NCBI GenBank assembly: GCA_021325135.1
Contig: JAJPHT010000015.1
Location: 160,001 to 224,000 of the forward strand
Direction of reading: 5' to 3'
Source: Pseudomonadota bacterium
GTDB taxonomy: Archaea > Thermoplasmatota > SW-10-69-26 > JACQPN01 > JAJPHT01
Length of the DNA: 64,000 bases
Part shown: positions 1-9,726 of the stretch, one piece after another
Numbering within the stretch: position 1 is the first letter of the stretch
How the letters are laid out: each line of letters starts with the position of its first letter
Made by a program: the position numbers and the translations under genes
The notes under the pieces: model-generated
Seen by the model: only the letters and a program-made list of their open reading frames with translations
What the model was told of the DNA's origin: nothing
The model's database searches: none

Positions 1-189
1 GAGGGCGGAGGTCGCGCTGACGCGCGCGGCGAAGGCGAAAGGCGCGCTGACGAGGAACGCCACGACGATGGGGACGACGACCCACGCGGGGATCGACGGG
101 GCCCAGCCAAGGCCTGAGGCTGCCTCCGCGAGGAGCCACACGACGAATCCGACGGCCGACACGCGCAGGACGAGGATCTTCCAGTCCAC
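1..189 (-). CDS. Hypothetical membrane protein, N-terminal part (runs off the window)
   Basis: Own translation from GTG at 189: VDWKILVLRVSAVGFVVWLLAEAASGLGWAPSIPAWVVVPIVVAFLVSAPFAF; hydrophobic, open to the window edge. Confidence 0.55.
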   Translation of the reverse strand, partial: MDWKILVLRVSAVGFVVWLLAEAASGLGWAPSIPAWVVVPIVVAFLVSAPFAFAARVSATSAL

Positions 190-293
190 GACCTCGCCAG
201 CGGCCTGCCCCGGCGTAAATCTGGGGAGGAACCCTCCGGACCCGGGGGTCTCCCGGCCCGCAAAGGTTCATATCGGGGCGCCGGTCTCGCGGA

Positions 294-352
294 GTGCTCA
301 CTCCATCCCCCGCGCGTCCTTCCGGGCGCCCGCAACCTTGGGGTGGGAGCAC
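294..352 (+). promoter_or_regulatory. Structured 5' leader of rpl11 (candidate cis-regulatory hairpin)
   Basis: GTGCTC(294-299)/GAGCAC(347-352) and CCATCCCC/GGGGTGG can pair, with inner hairpin GCGTCC-TTCC-GGGCGC; lies downstream of BRE/TATA-like AAAGGTTCATAT at ~262-273. Confidence 0.4.
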
Positions 353-363
353 GAGTGATCAAC

Positions 364-840
364 ATGGCAAACAAGGTCGAAGTCCTCGTCGACGGTGGCA
401 AGGCCACCCCCGGCAACCCCCTCGGTCCCGCCCTCGGCCCCCTGGGCCTCAACGTCATGAACGTGGTCAAGGTCATCAACGAGAAGACCGCCGCGTTCCA
501 GGGCATGAAGGTCCCCGTCGTCATCGACGTGGACGCGAAGACGAAGAACTTCACCGTCACCGTGGGCACGCCCCCCACCTCCGCGCTCATCTTCGCCGAG
601 CTGAAGATCGAGAAGGGCAGCGGCACGCCCAAGACGGCGAAGGTCGGCAACCTCACCGTCGAGCAGGTCGTGAAGATCAGCCGCATGAAGCAGGACAGCC
701 TCAACGGCGCGACCCTCAAGGCGCGCGTCTCCGAGGTCGCCGGCACGGCGAACTCCTGCGGCGTCACCATCGAGGGCATCGCGGCCCGCGACTTCCAGGC
801 CGCCCTCAAGACCGGCCAGTACGACAGCCGCATCAAGTAG
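364..840 (+). CDS. rpl11: 50S ribosomal protein L11 (uL11), archaeal type
   Basis: GGKATPGNPLGPALGPLG, VGTPPTSAL, GTANSCGVTIEG motifs; start moved to ATG 364. Confidence 0.96.
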   Translation: MANKVEVLVDGGKATPGNPLGPALGPLGLNVMNVVKVINEKTAAFQGMKVPVVIDVDAKTKNFTVTVGTPPTSALIFAELKIEKGSGTPKTAKVGNLTVEQVVKISRMKQDSLNGATLKARVSEVAGTANSCGVTIEGIAARDFQAALKTGQYDSRIK

Positions 841-858
841 GCCCGCGTCGGGGCGGGG

Positions 859-1338
859 TCACGGCAGCATGGTCACGTAGTCCGTGCAGTGGTCGTTGCG
901 CGTGGTCCCGTCTGAGAGCTGGATCTCGGGGCGCTGGACGACGACGGAGTATTCGCACCACGAGGCGTCGCCGTTCTCGCGGTAGCGGCCCGTGAGGTTG
1001 GTCTGGTCGTCCACGCTGACCTTCGCCTGCGAGCAGCGCGCGGAGCCCGCGGGCGGGAAGCGGCACCACGAGGGCTGCCACGTGCCGGTTTCCGTCTCGC
1101 TGGTGTACGTCACGTTGTGCCGGCCCTCGGGCGTCGTGACGTTCACGTCGTAGCGGTCGAGCTTCTGCGATCCGGTGGAGCCGTAGCAGTCGCGCGTCGT
1201 CTGCTGGACGTCGACGCCGGGCGCGCTGGCCACCTGGCGGTGGCCGCTGTTCTGGCATATGTCGGGGTTGGCCGCGACGAAGGGGATCGCCACGGCGACC
1301 GCCAGGAGCAGCGCCCAGCCGCCCGTCCTCGCTCCCAT
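859..1338 (-). CDS. Secreted Cys-containing hypothetical protein
   Basis: Signal peptide (WALLLAVAVAIPFVAA) followed by a beta-rich region with 6 Cys. Confidence 0.65.
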   Translation of the reverse strand: MGARTGGWALLLAVAVAIPFVAANPDICQNSGHRQVASAPGVDVQQTTRDCYGSTGSQKLDRYDVNVTTPEGRHNVTYTSETETGTWQPSWCRFPPAGSARCSQAKVSVDDQTNLTGRYRENGDASWCEYSVVVQRPEIQLSDGTTRNDHCTDYVTMLP

Positions 1339-1574
1339 GGGAAGGGCAACGCGCAGGGAACGCACAAAGGCGTCGCGCGTCACCGCAGGAGGCGACAGGG
1401 AGGCCCCGGGCGGCCCATCGGGAGGCAACGGGTCGGGAGGTGGGAGGCTTAGCGGGCCGCCAGGGGTCGTGGGAATCCGGGAGCGGAGCGCCCCCGGCTG
1501 CGTTTCGAGCCTGGGGCCAGACCTTAAGTTTTGTGACAGCCGGGCTTTTTCTCTCGGGGCGCGGTGGGGTCTGC

Positions 1575-2297
1575 ATGGCGGAGCCGCGAGGCAAGGGCAA
1601 GCACGTCGTCGTGACCGGGGCGTCCAGCGGGATCGGCCGCGCGCTCGCCCGCGCGTGGGGCAGGGAAGGCGCCACCGTCTGGATGGGCGCGCGCTCCGCG
1701 AAGGCGCTGGACGAGGCCGCGCGGGAGGTGGAGCGCGCGGGCGGCCAGGGCCACGCGCTCCCCCTGGACGTGACCGACCGCGCCAGCGTCGCCCGCTTCG
1801 CGGCGGAGGTCGGCCGCGCGGCGCCCGGCGTCGACGTGCTGGTGAACAACGCGGGCGTGGGCCACTGGGGCCCCATGGCGGAGACCGACGTGGAGACGTG
1901 GGACCGCGTCCTCGCGACGGACCTCACGGGGCCGTTCCTCGTGACCAAGGCCCTGCTGCCGCTGATGCGCAAGCGCACGGGCGCGCGCCACCTGGTCAAC
2001 GTCGTGAGCGTCGCCGGGAAGCAGGCCCACGCGGGCGGCAGCACGTACAGCGCCAGCAAGTTCGGCCTCAAGGGGTGGACCGAGGCCGTCGCGCTGGAGC
2101 TGGCCGAGGAGGGCATCCGCGTCCTGGCGGTCTGCCCCGGCTACGTCAACACGGACCTGGTGGGCGGCGCGGCGGAGGCGGAGCGCATGATCCAGCCCGA
2201 CGACCTCGCGAGGCTCCTCGTGGACTGGACCTTCCTGCCCGCGAGCGTGCACGTGGACGAGATCACCGTGTGGCCCTGGGAGATGTACACGGAGTAG
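1575..2297 (+). CDS. SDR family NAD(P)-dependent oxidoreductase
   Basis: TGASSGIG, NNAG and YSASK motifs. Confidence 0.92.
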   Translation: MAEPRGKGKHVVVTGASSGIGRALARAWGREGATVWMGARSAKALDEAAREVERAGGQGHALPLDVTDRASVARFAAEVGRAAPGVDVLVNNAGVGHWGPMAETDVETWDRVLATDLTGPFLVTKALLPLMRKRTGARHLVNVVSVAGKQAHAGGSTYSASKFGLKGWTEAVALELAEEGIRVLAVCPGYVNTDLVGGAAEAERMIQPDDLARLLVDWTFLPASVHVDEITVWPWEMYTE

Positions 2298-2300
2298 CGC

Positions 2301-2633
2301 TCAGCGCATCCTCGCCCGCACCGTCTCCTCGATGATCTCCTCGGGGGGCGCGCCGATGAGCCGGTCCACGACCTCGCCCGCCGCGAAGACCAGCAGCATG
2401 GGCGCGCTCTTGGCGCCGAAGGCCGCGGCGACGTGGCTCGCCAGGGGCACGACGCCCGCGGGCGCGCCGGTGCGCGCGCAGACGAGGGCGAGGCGGTGGC
2501 GCACGCGCAGGGAGACCTCGTCGTCGGGCTCCAGGATGGCGAGGAGCGTCACGGGCGCGGACTCCAGGAAGTCGGGCGCGGTCGCGTCGTCCAGGTCGGC
2601 GACGCGCCCCGCGTCGCGCTCGGTGGGGCGCAT
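2301..2633 (-). CDS. Thioredoxin-fold protein lacking CxxC
   Basis: C-terminal FGAKSAPMLLVFAAGEVVDRLIGA resembles the Trx C-terminus; no CxxC; 2 nt downstream of the OCD gene. Confidence 0.6.
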   Translation of the reverse strand: MRPTERDAGRVADLDDATAPDFLESAPVTLLAILEPDDEVSLRVRHRLALVCARTGAPAGVVPLASHVAAAFGAKSAPMLLVFAAGEVVDRLIGAPPEEIIEETVRARMR

Positions 2634-2635
2634 GC

Positions 2636-3670
2636 TCAGGCCTTCCGCATCTGGGCGAGCACGTCGGGGCCGCCGCCGCTGCGCGAGGGCACGAGGCTGA
2701 CCTTGGTGCCCAGGCCTTCGCGCACGGCGCGGTCGTACACGACGCGCGCGACGGCGCAGTCCTGGATGGCGAGGCCGGTGCTGTCGAAGACGGTGATCTC
2801 GTCGTCGCGGCTGCGGCCGGGGATGGCGCCTTCGAGGACGGCGCCCAGCGTCCCGCGGATGTGCTCGCGGCGCAGGACGCCGCTCTCCAGGGGCACGTTG
2901 ACCTCGCCCGAGTGGGTGGCCTGCTCCCAGTCGTCCAGCACGACGACGGCGTCCCCCAGGATGTCGGGGTCCAGCTCCTGCTTGCCCGCGGCGTCGGCGC
3001 CCAGGGCGTTGACGTGCGCGCCGTGCTCGATCCAGTCGCGCATGACGATGGGCTTGTGGACGGGCGTGAGCGTGCAGACGACGTCGCAGCCCGCCGCGTC
3101 CGCCGGGCCGCCCACGCGCACCTCAAGGCCCGGCGCGGCCCTGGCGACGCGCTTGAGCAGCGTCTCCGCGTTCTCGGGGCGCGAGTCCGAGAGGACGACC
3201 TCCTTCAGGTCGCGCACGTGGCTGATGGCGGCGATCTGATAGCTCGCCTGCGTGCCGCACCCCACGATGCCCAGGCTGCGGGCGTCCTTGCGGGCCAGCG
3301 CGCGGGTGGCCACGGCGCTGGCGGCGCCGGTGCGGAACGCGGTGAGCACCGTCGCGTCCATGACGGAGAGGGGGAAGCCGGTGGCGGGGTCGCTGAGGAT
3401 CAGCGTGCCGATGACGGTGGGAAGGCCGTGCTTCGCGGGGTTGCCCGGGTGCGAGTTGACCCACTTCACGGAGACGCTGTTGGCCACCCGCGCCGGCATG
3501 GAGCGCACGTCGCCGCCGAAGTCGGGCAGGTCGACGTAGGACTTGGGGGGCATGACGGCCTCCTTGCGGTGGTAGCTCCGGAAGGCGCCCTCGACGGCCC
3601 GGATGGCCTCGTCGAGGTCGAGGCAGCGGGCCACCTCGTCCGCCGAGAGCAGCAGGGTGCTCGTCTCCAC
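2636..3670 (-). CDS. Ornithine cyclodeaminase/mu-crystallin family (possible archaeal alanine dehydrogenase)
   Basis: MPPKSY, RSMPA, KWVNSHPGNP, LTAFRTGAAS, GADAAGKQELD, FDSTGLAIQD. Confidence 0.9.
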   Translation of the reverse strand: METSTLLLSADEVARCLDLDEAIRAVEGAFRSYHRKEAVMPPKSYVDLPDFGGDVRSMPARVANSVSVKWVNSHPGNPAKHGLPTVIGTLILSDPATGFPLSVMDATVLTAFRTGAASAVATRALARKDARSLGIVGCGTQASYQIAAISHVRDLKEVVLSDSRPENAETLLKRVARAAPGLEVRVGGPADAAGCDVVCTLTPVHKPIVMRDWIEHGAHVNALGADAAGKQELDPDILGDAVVVLDDWEQATHSGEVNVPLESGVLRREHIRGTLGAVLEGAIPGRSRDDEITVFDSTGLAIQDCAVARVVYDRAVREGLGTKVSLVPSRSGGGPDVLAQMRKA

Positions 3671-3721
3671 GGGCCGGCCAGGCGGGGGTCCCTCCTTATG
3701 CGTTTTGGGCCTCCGTGGCCG

Positions 3722-5188
3722 CTATCCCAGGGGCCCCAGGGGGGTCCCGTCCAGCAGCGAGGGCCCCTGGGCGAGCGTCGCGACGAGCCCTTCGTTGCGG
3801 TCGTCCGCGGCGCGGGGATCGCCCGCGCAGGCCTGCGTGCAGGCGTCGATGAAGGAGGCCCACGGGCGGCCGTGCAGATCCACGACGACGTCGATGAAGT
3901 CGCCCATGCCCAGGGCTCCGCCCCCGGTGGCGCAGCGCATGTGCCCGCACGCGCCGCGCGCGAGGGGGTCCGCGGGGTCGTTGGCGCTCGTCGTGAGCAC
4001 GCGCCCGTCGGGGCCCGCGACGCCCAGGTAGGCGTTCCACGTCGCGCCGTCCCAGTCCGCGGGGTCCTTCGGGTGGTCGTCGCCGTAGGGGGACGCGCTC
4101 TTCTCGAAGGGGCGATCGTGGTAGCCGCCGGGGATGGTGGTGCCCAGGTAGGCGACGACGAAGCGGTCCTCGCCGCCGGCCGCGATGGCGGGCAGGTCCG
4201 CGGCCGTGACCTCGGGGGGCGAGACGAGGCGCGGCTCCGTCCACGTCGCGCCCAGGTCGGAGGACGACGCGACGTAGGGCAGGCCGCCCGAGAGCCACAT
4301 CGCGTGCGCGTGGCCCGCGGAGTCGATGGCGATGGCGGCCTCGTGGTCGCCGTAGTTGCCCGTGTCGGCGAGCCGGTCTTTTGATATCACGCGCGTCGTC
4401 CACGTGAGCCCGTCGTCCTGCGAGACGGCCACCAGGGGGAGCCCCGTGCAGGTGTCCACGACGGGGAGCCACACGGTGCCGTCGGGCGACGCCTGGAGGC
4501 GCCCCGTGGAGCCCTGGCCGCAGTAGGCCTTGGCGGCGTCAGTCCCGGGCGTGACGCTGGGCTGCGCCGCGAGGGGGCGCGTGGGGCCGAAGGTGAGGCC
4601 GCCGTCCAGCGAGCGCGTGCACGCGGCGTCGGCGACCCGGTTCACGCAGACGTGGAGCACGTCGGCGTAGCCCACGGTGGGCAGCAGGCGCGGCTTCGCC
4701 GCTACCAGCGACTGGTGGTCGTTGAACCCGGTGGTGGCGCTGCACGCGGCGGGGTTCACGCTCCACGAGGCGCCCTCGTCGTCGGACCACGCGAGGGACA
4801 TGCACTGATAGCTCGTGAGGTCGGAGCTGAAGACGCGCCCCGTCTGCGGGTCCACCACGAGGTAGGGGTCGCCGGTGAAGGGCGGGTCCTTGAGGCCCGC
4901 GGCGAGGACGGGCCCCACGTCCTGCCACGTCTTGCCGTGGTCCCTGGAGCGCAGGATCGCCGGGGGCGGGTCGACGCGGACGCCGTCGCCGGGCGCGAAG
5001 CCCGTGACGAAGATCGTGCCGTCCTTCTCCACGCCCAGCGTCGCCTCCGAGCCGCCGAAGCCGGTGTGGAAGGAGGCGCCCACGAGCGCGGGCCCGCTCG
5101 GGGAGGCCGCTTCGTGGAGCGTCGCCGCGCCGGGCGAGGCGCAGCCCGCGGCCGCCGCGAGGAGGAGCAGGAGCGGGAGCGCGCGCAC
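3722..5188 (-). CDS. BNR/Asp-box (sialidase-like) beta-propeller lipoprotein
   Basis: Lipobox AAGC; Asp-boxes SRDHGKTW, SDDEGASW, SLDGGLTF, SQDDGLTW, SSDLGATW. Confidence 0.82.
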   Translation of the reverse strand: MRALPLLLLLAAAAGCASPGAATLHEAASPSGPALVGASFHTGFGGSEATLGVEKDGTIFVTGFAPGDGVRVDPPPAILRSRDHGKTWQDVGPVLAAGLKDPPFTGDPYLVVDPQTGRVFSSDLTSYQCMSLAWSDDEGASWSVNPAACSATTGFNDHQSLVAAKPRLLPTVGYADVLHVCVNRVADAACTRSLDGGLTFGPTRPLAAQPSVTPGTDAAKAYCGQGSTGRLQASPDGTVWLPVVDTCTGLPLVAVSQDDGLTWTTRVISKDRLADTGNYGDHEAAIAIDSAGHAHAMWLSGGLPYVASSSDLGATWTEPRLVSPPEVTAADLPAIAAGGEDRFVVAYLGTTIPGGYHDRPFEKSASPYGDDHPKDPADWDGATWNAYLGVAGPDGRVLTTSANDPADPLARGACGHMRCATGGGALGMGDFIDVVVDLHGRPWASFIDACTQACAGDPRAADDRNEGLVATLAQGPSLLDGTPLGPLG

Positions 5189-5230
5189 GAGGGGGGAACC
5201 CCTCCGGCGTACTCATGCGTTGCGGAGGGG

Positions 5231-6184
5231 TTACTCCCACTCGATCGTTCCGGGCGGCTTGTGGCTCACGTCGTAGACGACGCGGGTGACGTGCGCGCCA
5301 AGCTCGTTGGTGATGCGCACGCTGATCCTCTCCAGGAGCGCGTGGGGGAGCGGCGAGTACTGCGCGCTCATGGCGTCCAGGCTCTCGACGGCGCGCACGA
5401 CGATGGTCTCGCCGTAGACGCGGATGTCGCCGTGGACGCCCACGCTGCGGACGGGCAGGAGGGCCGCGAAGTATTGCCAGGGGCGCTCGATCTCGCCGCG
5501 GTTGGCCGCCGCATCGATCTCCTCCTCCACGATGGCGCACGCCTCGCGGACGATCTGCGTGCGCTCCGGCGTCGCCTCGCCCAGGACGCGCACCGCAAGG
5601 CCGGGGCCCGGGAAGGGCTGGCGCTCCGCGACGGGGATGTGGAGGTGGCGCGCGAGCTTGCGCACCTCGTCCTTGTAGAGGTCCCTCAGGGGCTCGCAGA
5701 GGACGAGCTTCATGTCCTTGGGGAGGCCGCCCACGTTGTGGTGCGACTTGATGGTGTCGCGCACGCCGCCGCCGCTCTCGATCCAGTCGGGCGCGATGGT
5801 GCCCTGCACGAGCACGTCGGCGTTGATCTTCTTGCTCTCGCGCTCGAAGACGCGGATGAAGCGCTCGCCGATGACCTTGCGCTTCGCCTCGGGGTCCGTG
5901 ACGCCCTTCATGGCCGCGTAGAAGTCCGCCGAGGCGTCCACGAAGTCGAGGTTGATGTCGAGGCCCGAGAGGAGCGTCTTGATCTGCGCCGCCTCGTTCT
6001 TGCGCATGTAGCCCGTGTCCACGAAGACGGAGGTCAGGCGCTTCCCGATGGCCTTCGCGACGAGCACGGCCGCCGTGGTGCTGTCGACGCCGCCGCTGCA
6101 CGCGATGATGGCCGTCTTCCCCTCGGGGACCTGCTTCTGGATCGCCGCGACCTGCTCCTGCACGAACTTCTCGGGGTTGAACAT
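5231..6184 (-). CDS. guaAb: GMP synthase (glutamine-hydrolysing) subunit B, ATPPase
   Basis: SGGVDS PP-loop, DPEAKRKVIG, IKSHHNVGGLP, RQPFPGPGL, KPPGTIEWE; no GATase domain (split archaeal form). Confidence 0.95.
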   Translation of the reverse strand: MFNPEKFVQEQVAAIQKQVPEGKTAIIACSGGVDSTTAAVLVAKAIGKRLTSVFVDTGYMRKNEAAQIKTLLSGLDINLDFVDASADFYAAMKGVTDPEAKRKVIGERFIRVFERESKKINADVLVQGTIAPDWIESGGGVRDTIKSHHNVGGLPKDMKLVLCEPLRDLYKDEVRKLARHLHIPVAERQPFPGPGLAVRVLGEATPERTQIVREACAIVEEEIDAAANRGEIERPWQYFAALLPVRSVGVHGDIRVYGETIVVRAVESLDAMSAQYSPLPHALLERISVRITNELGAHVTRVVYDVSHKPPGTIEWE

Positions 6185-6269
6185 CGGGCGGGCCTCTTTG
6201 GCTGCGCCACGGGGGGACCCCCATTTCAAGCTTTGCCGGCCTCCAGGAGAAGCCCACCCGCCGGCTTTC

Positions 6270-6773
6270 ATGCACCGGCGCCGAGTCTCCCTGGCCGTGG
6301 ACGAGCGCGCCTGCCTCCCCGCCCTGCACGGCCTGCACGTGGCGCTCCGCTTCCGCGGCGACGCGCTCGTGGGGGCGGACATCCTGGACCGCCCCGTGGC
6401 GGGGACGCCCCTGTCGGCCGCGGCCCAGGAGTCCGTGGACCTCGTGGCGCGCTACCTGGAGGACGGCAAGACCGACCTCTCCACGATCCCGGTCGCCCTG
6501 GAGGGCGCGTCCCCCTTCGACCGCGAGGCGCTGCTGGAGCTTCGCCGCGTGCGCGCGGGGCAGACGGTCTCCTACGGCGACCTCGCGCGCCGCCTGGGCC
6601 GGCCGCCCGGCGCCTCGCGCGCGATCGGCGGCGCCATGGCGCGCAACCCCATCCCTGTCGTCATCCCGTGCCACCGCGTCGTGCAGGCCGACGGCTCGCT
6701 GGGCCACTACAGCGGCTTCGGCGGCGCGGCGACCAAGCTGAAGCTCCTTCAGCTGGAAGGCAGCCGCTGGTAG
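6270..6773 (+). CDS. ogt: Methylated-DNA--protein-cysteine methyltransferase
   Basis: SYGDLA, RAIGGAMARNP and active-site PCHRV. Confidence 0.9.
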   Translation: MHRRRVSLAVDERACLPALHGLHVALRFRGDALVGADILDRPVAGTPLSAAAQESVDLVARYLEDGKTDLSTIPVALEGASPFDREALLELRRVRAGQTVSYGDLARRLGRPPGASRAIGGAMARNPIPVVIPCHRVVQADGSLGHYSGFGGAATKLKLLQLEGSRW

Positions 6774-8821
6774 AGCGTGCTGTTGGTGCGCAGGAAGAGG
6801 GCAAGCCCCGTGCCCGCGTTGAGGTCCACCTGCTCGCTGAGGACGTGCCGCTCGATCCAGAGGCGCGCGGCGAAGGTGGGCGAGAGCCCGAAGGTGAAGT
6901 TCCACGCGGCGACGCGCGTGAAGTTGGGAAGCTCCTGGCTCGCCTGGTCGTTCATGGCGAGGAGCGCGTCCACGTTCTCCGGAGGCGGGTAGCCCGTCTC
7001 GCGCAATTTGATGTCGGAAGGCGCCACGGCGGCGGGGTAGACGATGGGGCCCGCAACGGAGAGCGTAGAGCCCGGCGGGAGGTACTTGTGGAGGTCGTGC
7101 GCGAGGGGCTCCACGGGGAAGGGCGTGTCAAAGCCGGGCGCCGTGGCGGCGAGGAGCATGAGCGCCATGGCGAGGGCGGCGGCCTTGCGCGAGACGGCGG
7201 AGAGGGCGACCACGAGCCCCATGGCGACGCAGACGTACCAGCTGCTCACCCAGTAGGCCAGCGCGGCGACGACGACGCCCACGGCGAGGATGCCAGGCCA
7301 CGCGGCGGGGCGCGCGAGGATCGCCACCGAGAGCACGACGCCGAAGGTGAGGAAGAGGACAACCACGTCGCCCGTGGCGGCGACGCCGGGCACGAGCCCG
7401 AGCCCCACCAGGGTCACGAAGGCCACGTCCGCGATGGCGACGCCCAGGATGGCGAGCCACGCGGCGCGCGGCGCGGGGCCGGGCTTCGCCTCGACGTAGC
7501 GCGTCTCGACCTCGCCCTTCGCGAGCTTCCGCGTCGCGGTGGCGTACCCGACGCGGCTCGCCACGAGGGCGATGCCCAGCGGGAAGAGGGAGAGCGTGAG
7601 CAGGAGCTGGAGGCGCGAGAGCGTGGCCTCGCCGGCGATGGGCGAGAGCAGGAGGAGCGCCAGGAGCGAGACGGCCGCGATGGCGAACCACGCCTCGTGG
7701 CGCCGCCGGTTCGCGAGGCCCGGCGCGCCCGCGGGCGCCTCGGGGTCGTCCTCCACGCGCCAGAAGGGGATCGTCAGCCAGATGGCCGGCACGATGGCCG
7801 GCGTGAGATAGCGGATGTTGTCGAAGTCCACGAGGGCGCGGCGCTCGGTCATGTAGAACGTCGTCGTGAACACGGCGCCCGCCACGAGGGGGATGAGCGT
7901 CGCGAGCCAGAGCGCGCCGGTCCGCTCGTCGCGCCACGCCCGCGCCGCGGTCCCCGCGCGGAGGGAGAACGGGAGCGTCACCGCGGCGAGGAAGCAGAGG
8001 GCGAAGGCCAGCTTGAACGGGAAGACCGCGACGTAGTAAGGCACGCGCAGGCCCAGGAGACCGATGGTGTCGGGGTGCAGCCACGCCGTCTGCAACGGCG
8101 CGATCAGGGAGAGCCCGACGCCGCCCAGCTTCTCGGGGCGCAGGATGGCGAGGGTCGCCACGGCCGCGAGCGCGAGTCCCCCCACGGCGAGGTCCAGGGG
8201 GCTCGTGAGCACCTGGCGCCAGCCCCGCTTCGCGACGCGCCACGCGCCCACCGCCACGAGCCCCGCCGCGACGAAGGGCGCGCCGAGGTTGGGCTTCCCC
8301 AGGTAGGCCAGCGCGCCGAAGACGCCCGCCACGGGCAGCCAGCGCGGGCGCTCCAGGCTCTTGAGGAACGCCCAGAGCGCGAGCATGACCGCGAGGGCCA
8401 GGATGGACTCGCTCATGCCGCGGCTGTCGCTTACGTAGAATGCGGGGTTCGCGGCGACGAGCGCCGCCGCCGCAAACGCGCGCGTCCTTCCGAAGAGGTC
8501 GCGCGTGCAGAGGAACGTGGCCAGGGTGAGAAGGGCGGTGGCCAGCGACGCGCCCACGACCGCGATGCCGTAGGAGGGCCCGAAGAGCTTCACCAGGGGC
8601 GAGAGGAAGATGGGGAAGAGCGGCGGCCAGTAGCCGTTGAACTGCGGCGGGTCGGTCCACGGCATGACGAACGTGCCCGTGGAGGCGAAGCTGCGCGCGA
8701 GGAGAAGGTACCAGCCCGAGTCCCAGATGATGTCCGGGTGGAAGACGAGGTCCACGCGCATCGCGAAGGCGAAGGCGACGACGCCGAGGCACGCCCACTC
8801 GAATCGCGTGAGGCGGGCCAT
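6749..8821 (-). CDS. GT-C/PMT-ArnT-like integral membrane glycosyltransferase
   Basis: First-loop WDSGWY, YWPPLFP, MSES; many TM segments. Confidence 0.7.
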   Translation of the reverse strand: MARLTRFEWACLGVVAFAFAMRVDLVFHPDIIWDSGWYLLLARSFASTGTFVMPWTDPPQFNGYWPPLFPIFLSPLVKLFGPSYGIAVVGASLATALLTLATFLCTRDLFGRTRAFAAAALVAANPAFYVSDSRGMSESILALAVMLALWAFLKSLERPRWLPVAGVFGALAYLGKPNLGAPFVAAGLVAVGAWRVAKRGWRQVLTSPLDLAVGGLALAAVATLAILRPEKLGGVGLSLIAPLQTAWLHPDTIGLLGLRVPYYVAVFPFKLAFALCFLAAVTLPFSLRAGTAARAWRDERTGALWLATLIPLVAGAVFTTTFYMTERRALVDFDNIRYLTPAIVPAIWLTIPFWRVEDDPEAPAGAPGLANRRRHEAWFAIAAVSLLALLLLSPIAGEATLSRLQLLLTLSLFPLGIALVASRVGYATATRKLAKGEVETRYVEAKPGPAPRAAWLAILGVAIADVAFVTLVGLGLVPGVAATGDVVVLFLTFGVVLSVAILARPAAWPGILAVGVVVAALAYWVSSWYVCVAMGLVVALSAVSRKAAALAMALMLLAATAPGFDTPFPVEPLAHDLHKYLPPGSTLSVAGPIVYPAAVAPSDIKLRETGYPPPENVDALLAMNDQASQELPNFTRVAAWNFTFGLSPTFAARLWIERHVLSEQVDLNAGTGLALFLRTNSTLYQRLPSS

Positions 8822-8918
8822 GGCTGCCTGGCCGAGGCTGCCTCGCGGTCAAAAACCCTCCTTTCCCAGCGCAAAGACGCCAGCAACCCTTAAAGCGCCC
8901 CAGCCAGTGGTTCGCCCG

Positions 8919-9596
8919 ATGGCGCGCCCCGACCAGAGCGTCTATCCCCCGGAGCGCATCCCGCCGGGCCAGTTCATCACGGAGAAGTTCCCCGTGCTGC
9001 ACGCGGGCAGCGTGCCGCGCTTCGACCCGCAGGCGTGGGACTTCCAGGTCTACGGCGCGGTGGAGAACCCCATCAAGATCGACTACGCGACGCTGCGCGG
9101 CAAGCCCCAGACCGAGGTCAACGTCGACATCCACTGCGTGACCACGTGGAGCAAGCTGGACACGACGTGGGTCGGCTGGGTGACGAAGGACCTGATCGAC
9201 GAGGTCCGGCCCAAGCCCGGCGCGAAGTACGTCATCGCGGAGTGCGAGCAGGGCTACACGGCCAACGTGCTACTGGACGACCTGATGAAGCCCAACGTCC
9301 TGGTCGCGTACAAGTACGGCGGCCGCGACCTCGCGCCCGAGCACGGCTTCCCGCTGCGCCTTCTCGTGCCGCACCGCTACTTCTGGAAGAGCGCCAAGTG
9401 GCTGCGCGCGCTGCGCTTCGAGGAGCAGGACGAGCCCGGCTTCTGGGAGGTGCGGGGCTATCACAACAACGCGGACTACTGGGGCGAGGAGCGCTACTCC
9501 TACGAGGGCGACCAAACGCTCCGGCCCGAGCCCGCGCAGGGCGAGCCCGGCTCTCCTGGACCCAAGGACGCTCTCGCTCCTCGGCGCGTCGGCTGA
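8919..9596 (+). CDS. Sulfite oxidase-like molybdopterin oxidoreductase (YuiH/MsrP-like)
   Basis: RIPPGQ, DIHCVTTWSKLD, EHGFPLRL, YFWKSAKW, GFWEVRGYHN. Confidence 0.9.
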   Translation: MARPDQSVYPPERIPPGQFITEKFPVLHAGSVPRFDPQAWDFQVYGAVENPIKIDYATLRGKPQTEVNVDIHCVTTWSKLDTTWVGWVTKDLIDEVRPKPGAKYVIAECEQGYTANVLLDDLMKPNVLVAYKYGGRDLAPEHGFPLRLLVPHRYFWKSAKWLRALRFEEQDEPGFWEVRGYHNNADYWGEERYSYEGDQTLRPEPAQGEPGSPGPKDALAPRRVG

Positions 9597-9621
9597 GCTT
9601 TGCTCTCCTGGTCACGCTCCT

Positions 9622-9691
9622 CGATGCAACCCGAACCAACGGACCACCGGACCAAAAGAAGACCTGTGGTTCGTGGGTTCGGGTTGCGTCG
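9622..9691. repeat. Intergenic inverted repeat (REP/MITE-like), family A
   Basis: Arms CGATGCAACCCGAACCAACGGACCAC (9622-9647) and GTGGTTCGTGGGTTCGGGTTGCGTCG (9666-9691); a further copy at 35838-35870. Confidence 0.75.
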
Positions 9692-9726
9692 TGAAGCTGG
9701 ACGAGGGATGATATCCAACGCGGACC

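Noticed and set aside
4539-8893. Very long ORFs 4652..8893 (+, 1413 aa) and 4539..6905 (-)
   Set aside because: Arg/Gly/Ala/Pro-rich shadow frames overlapping well-supported genes (guaAb, ogt, GT-C); expected in very GC-rich DNA
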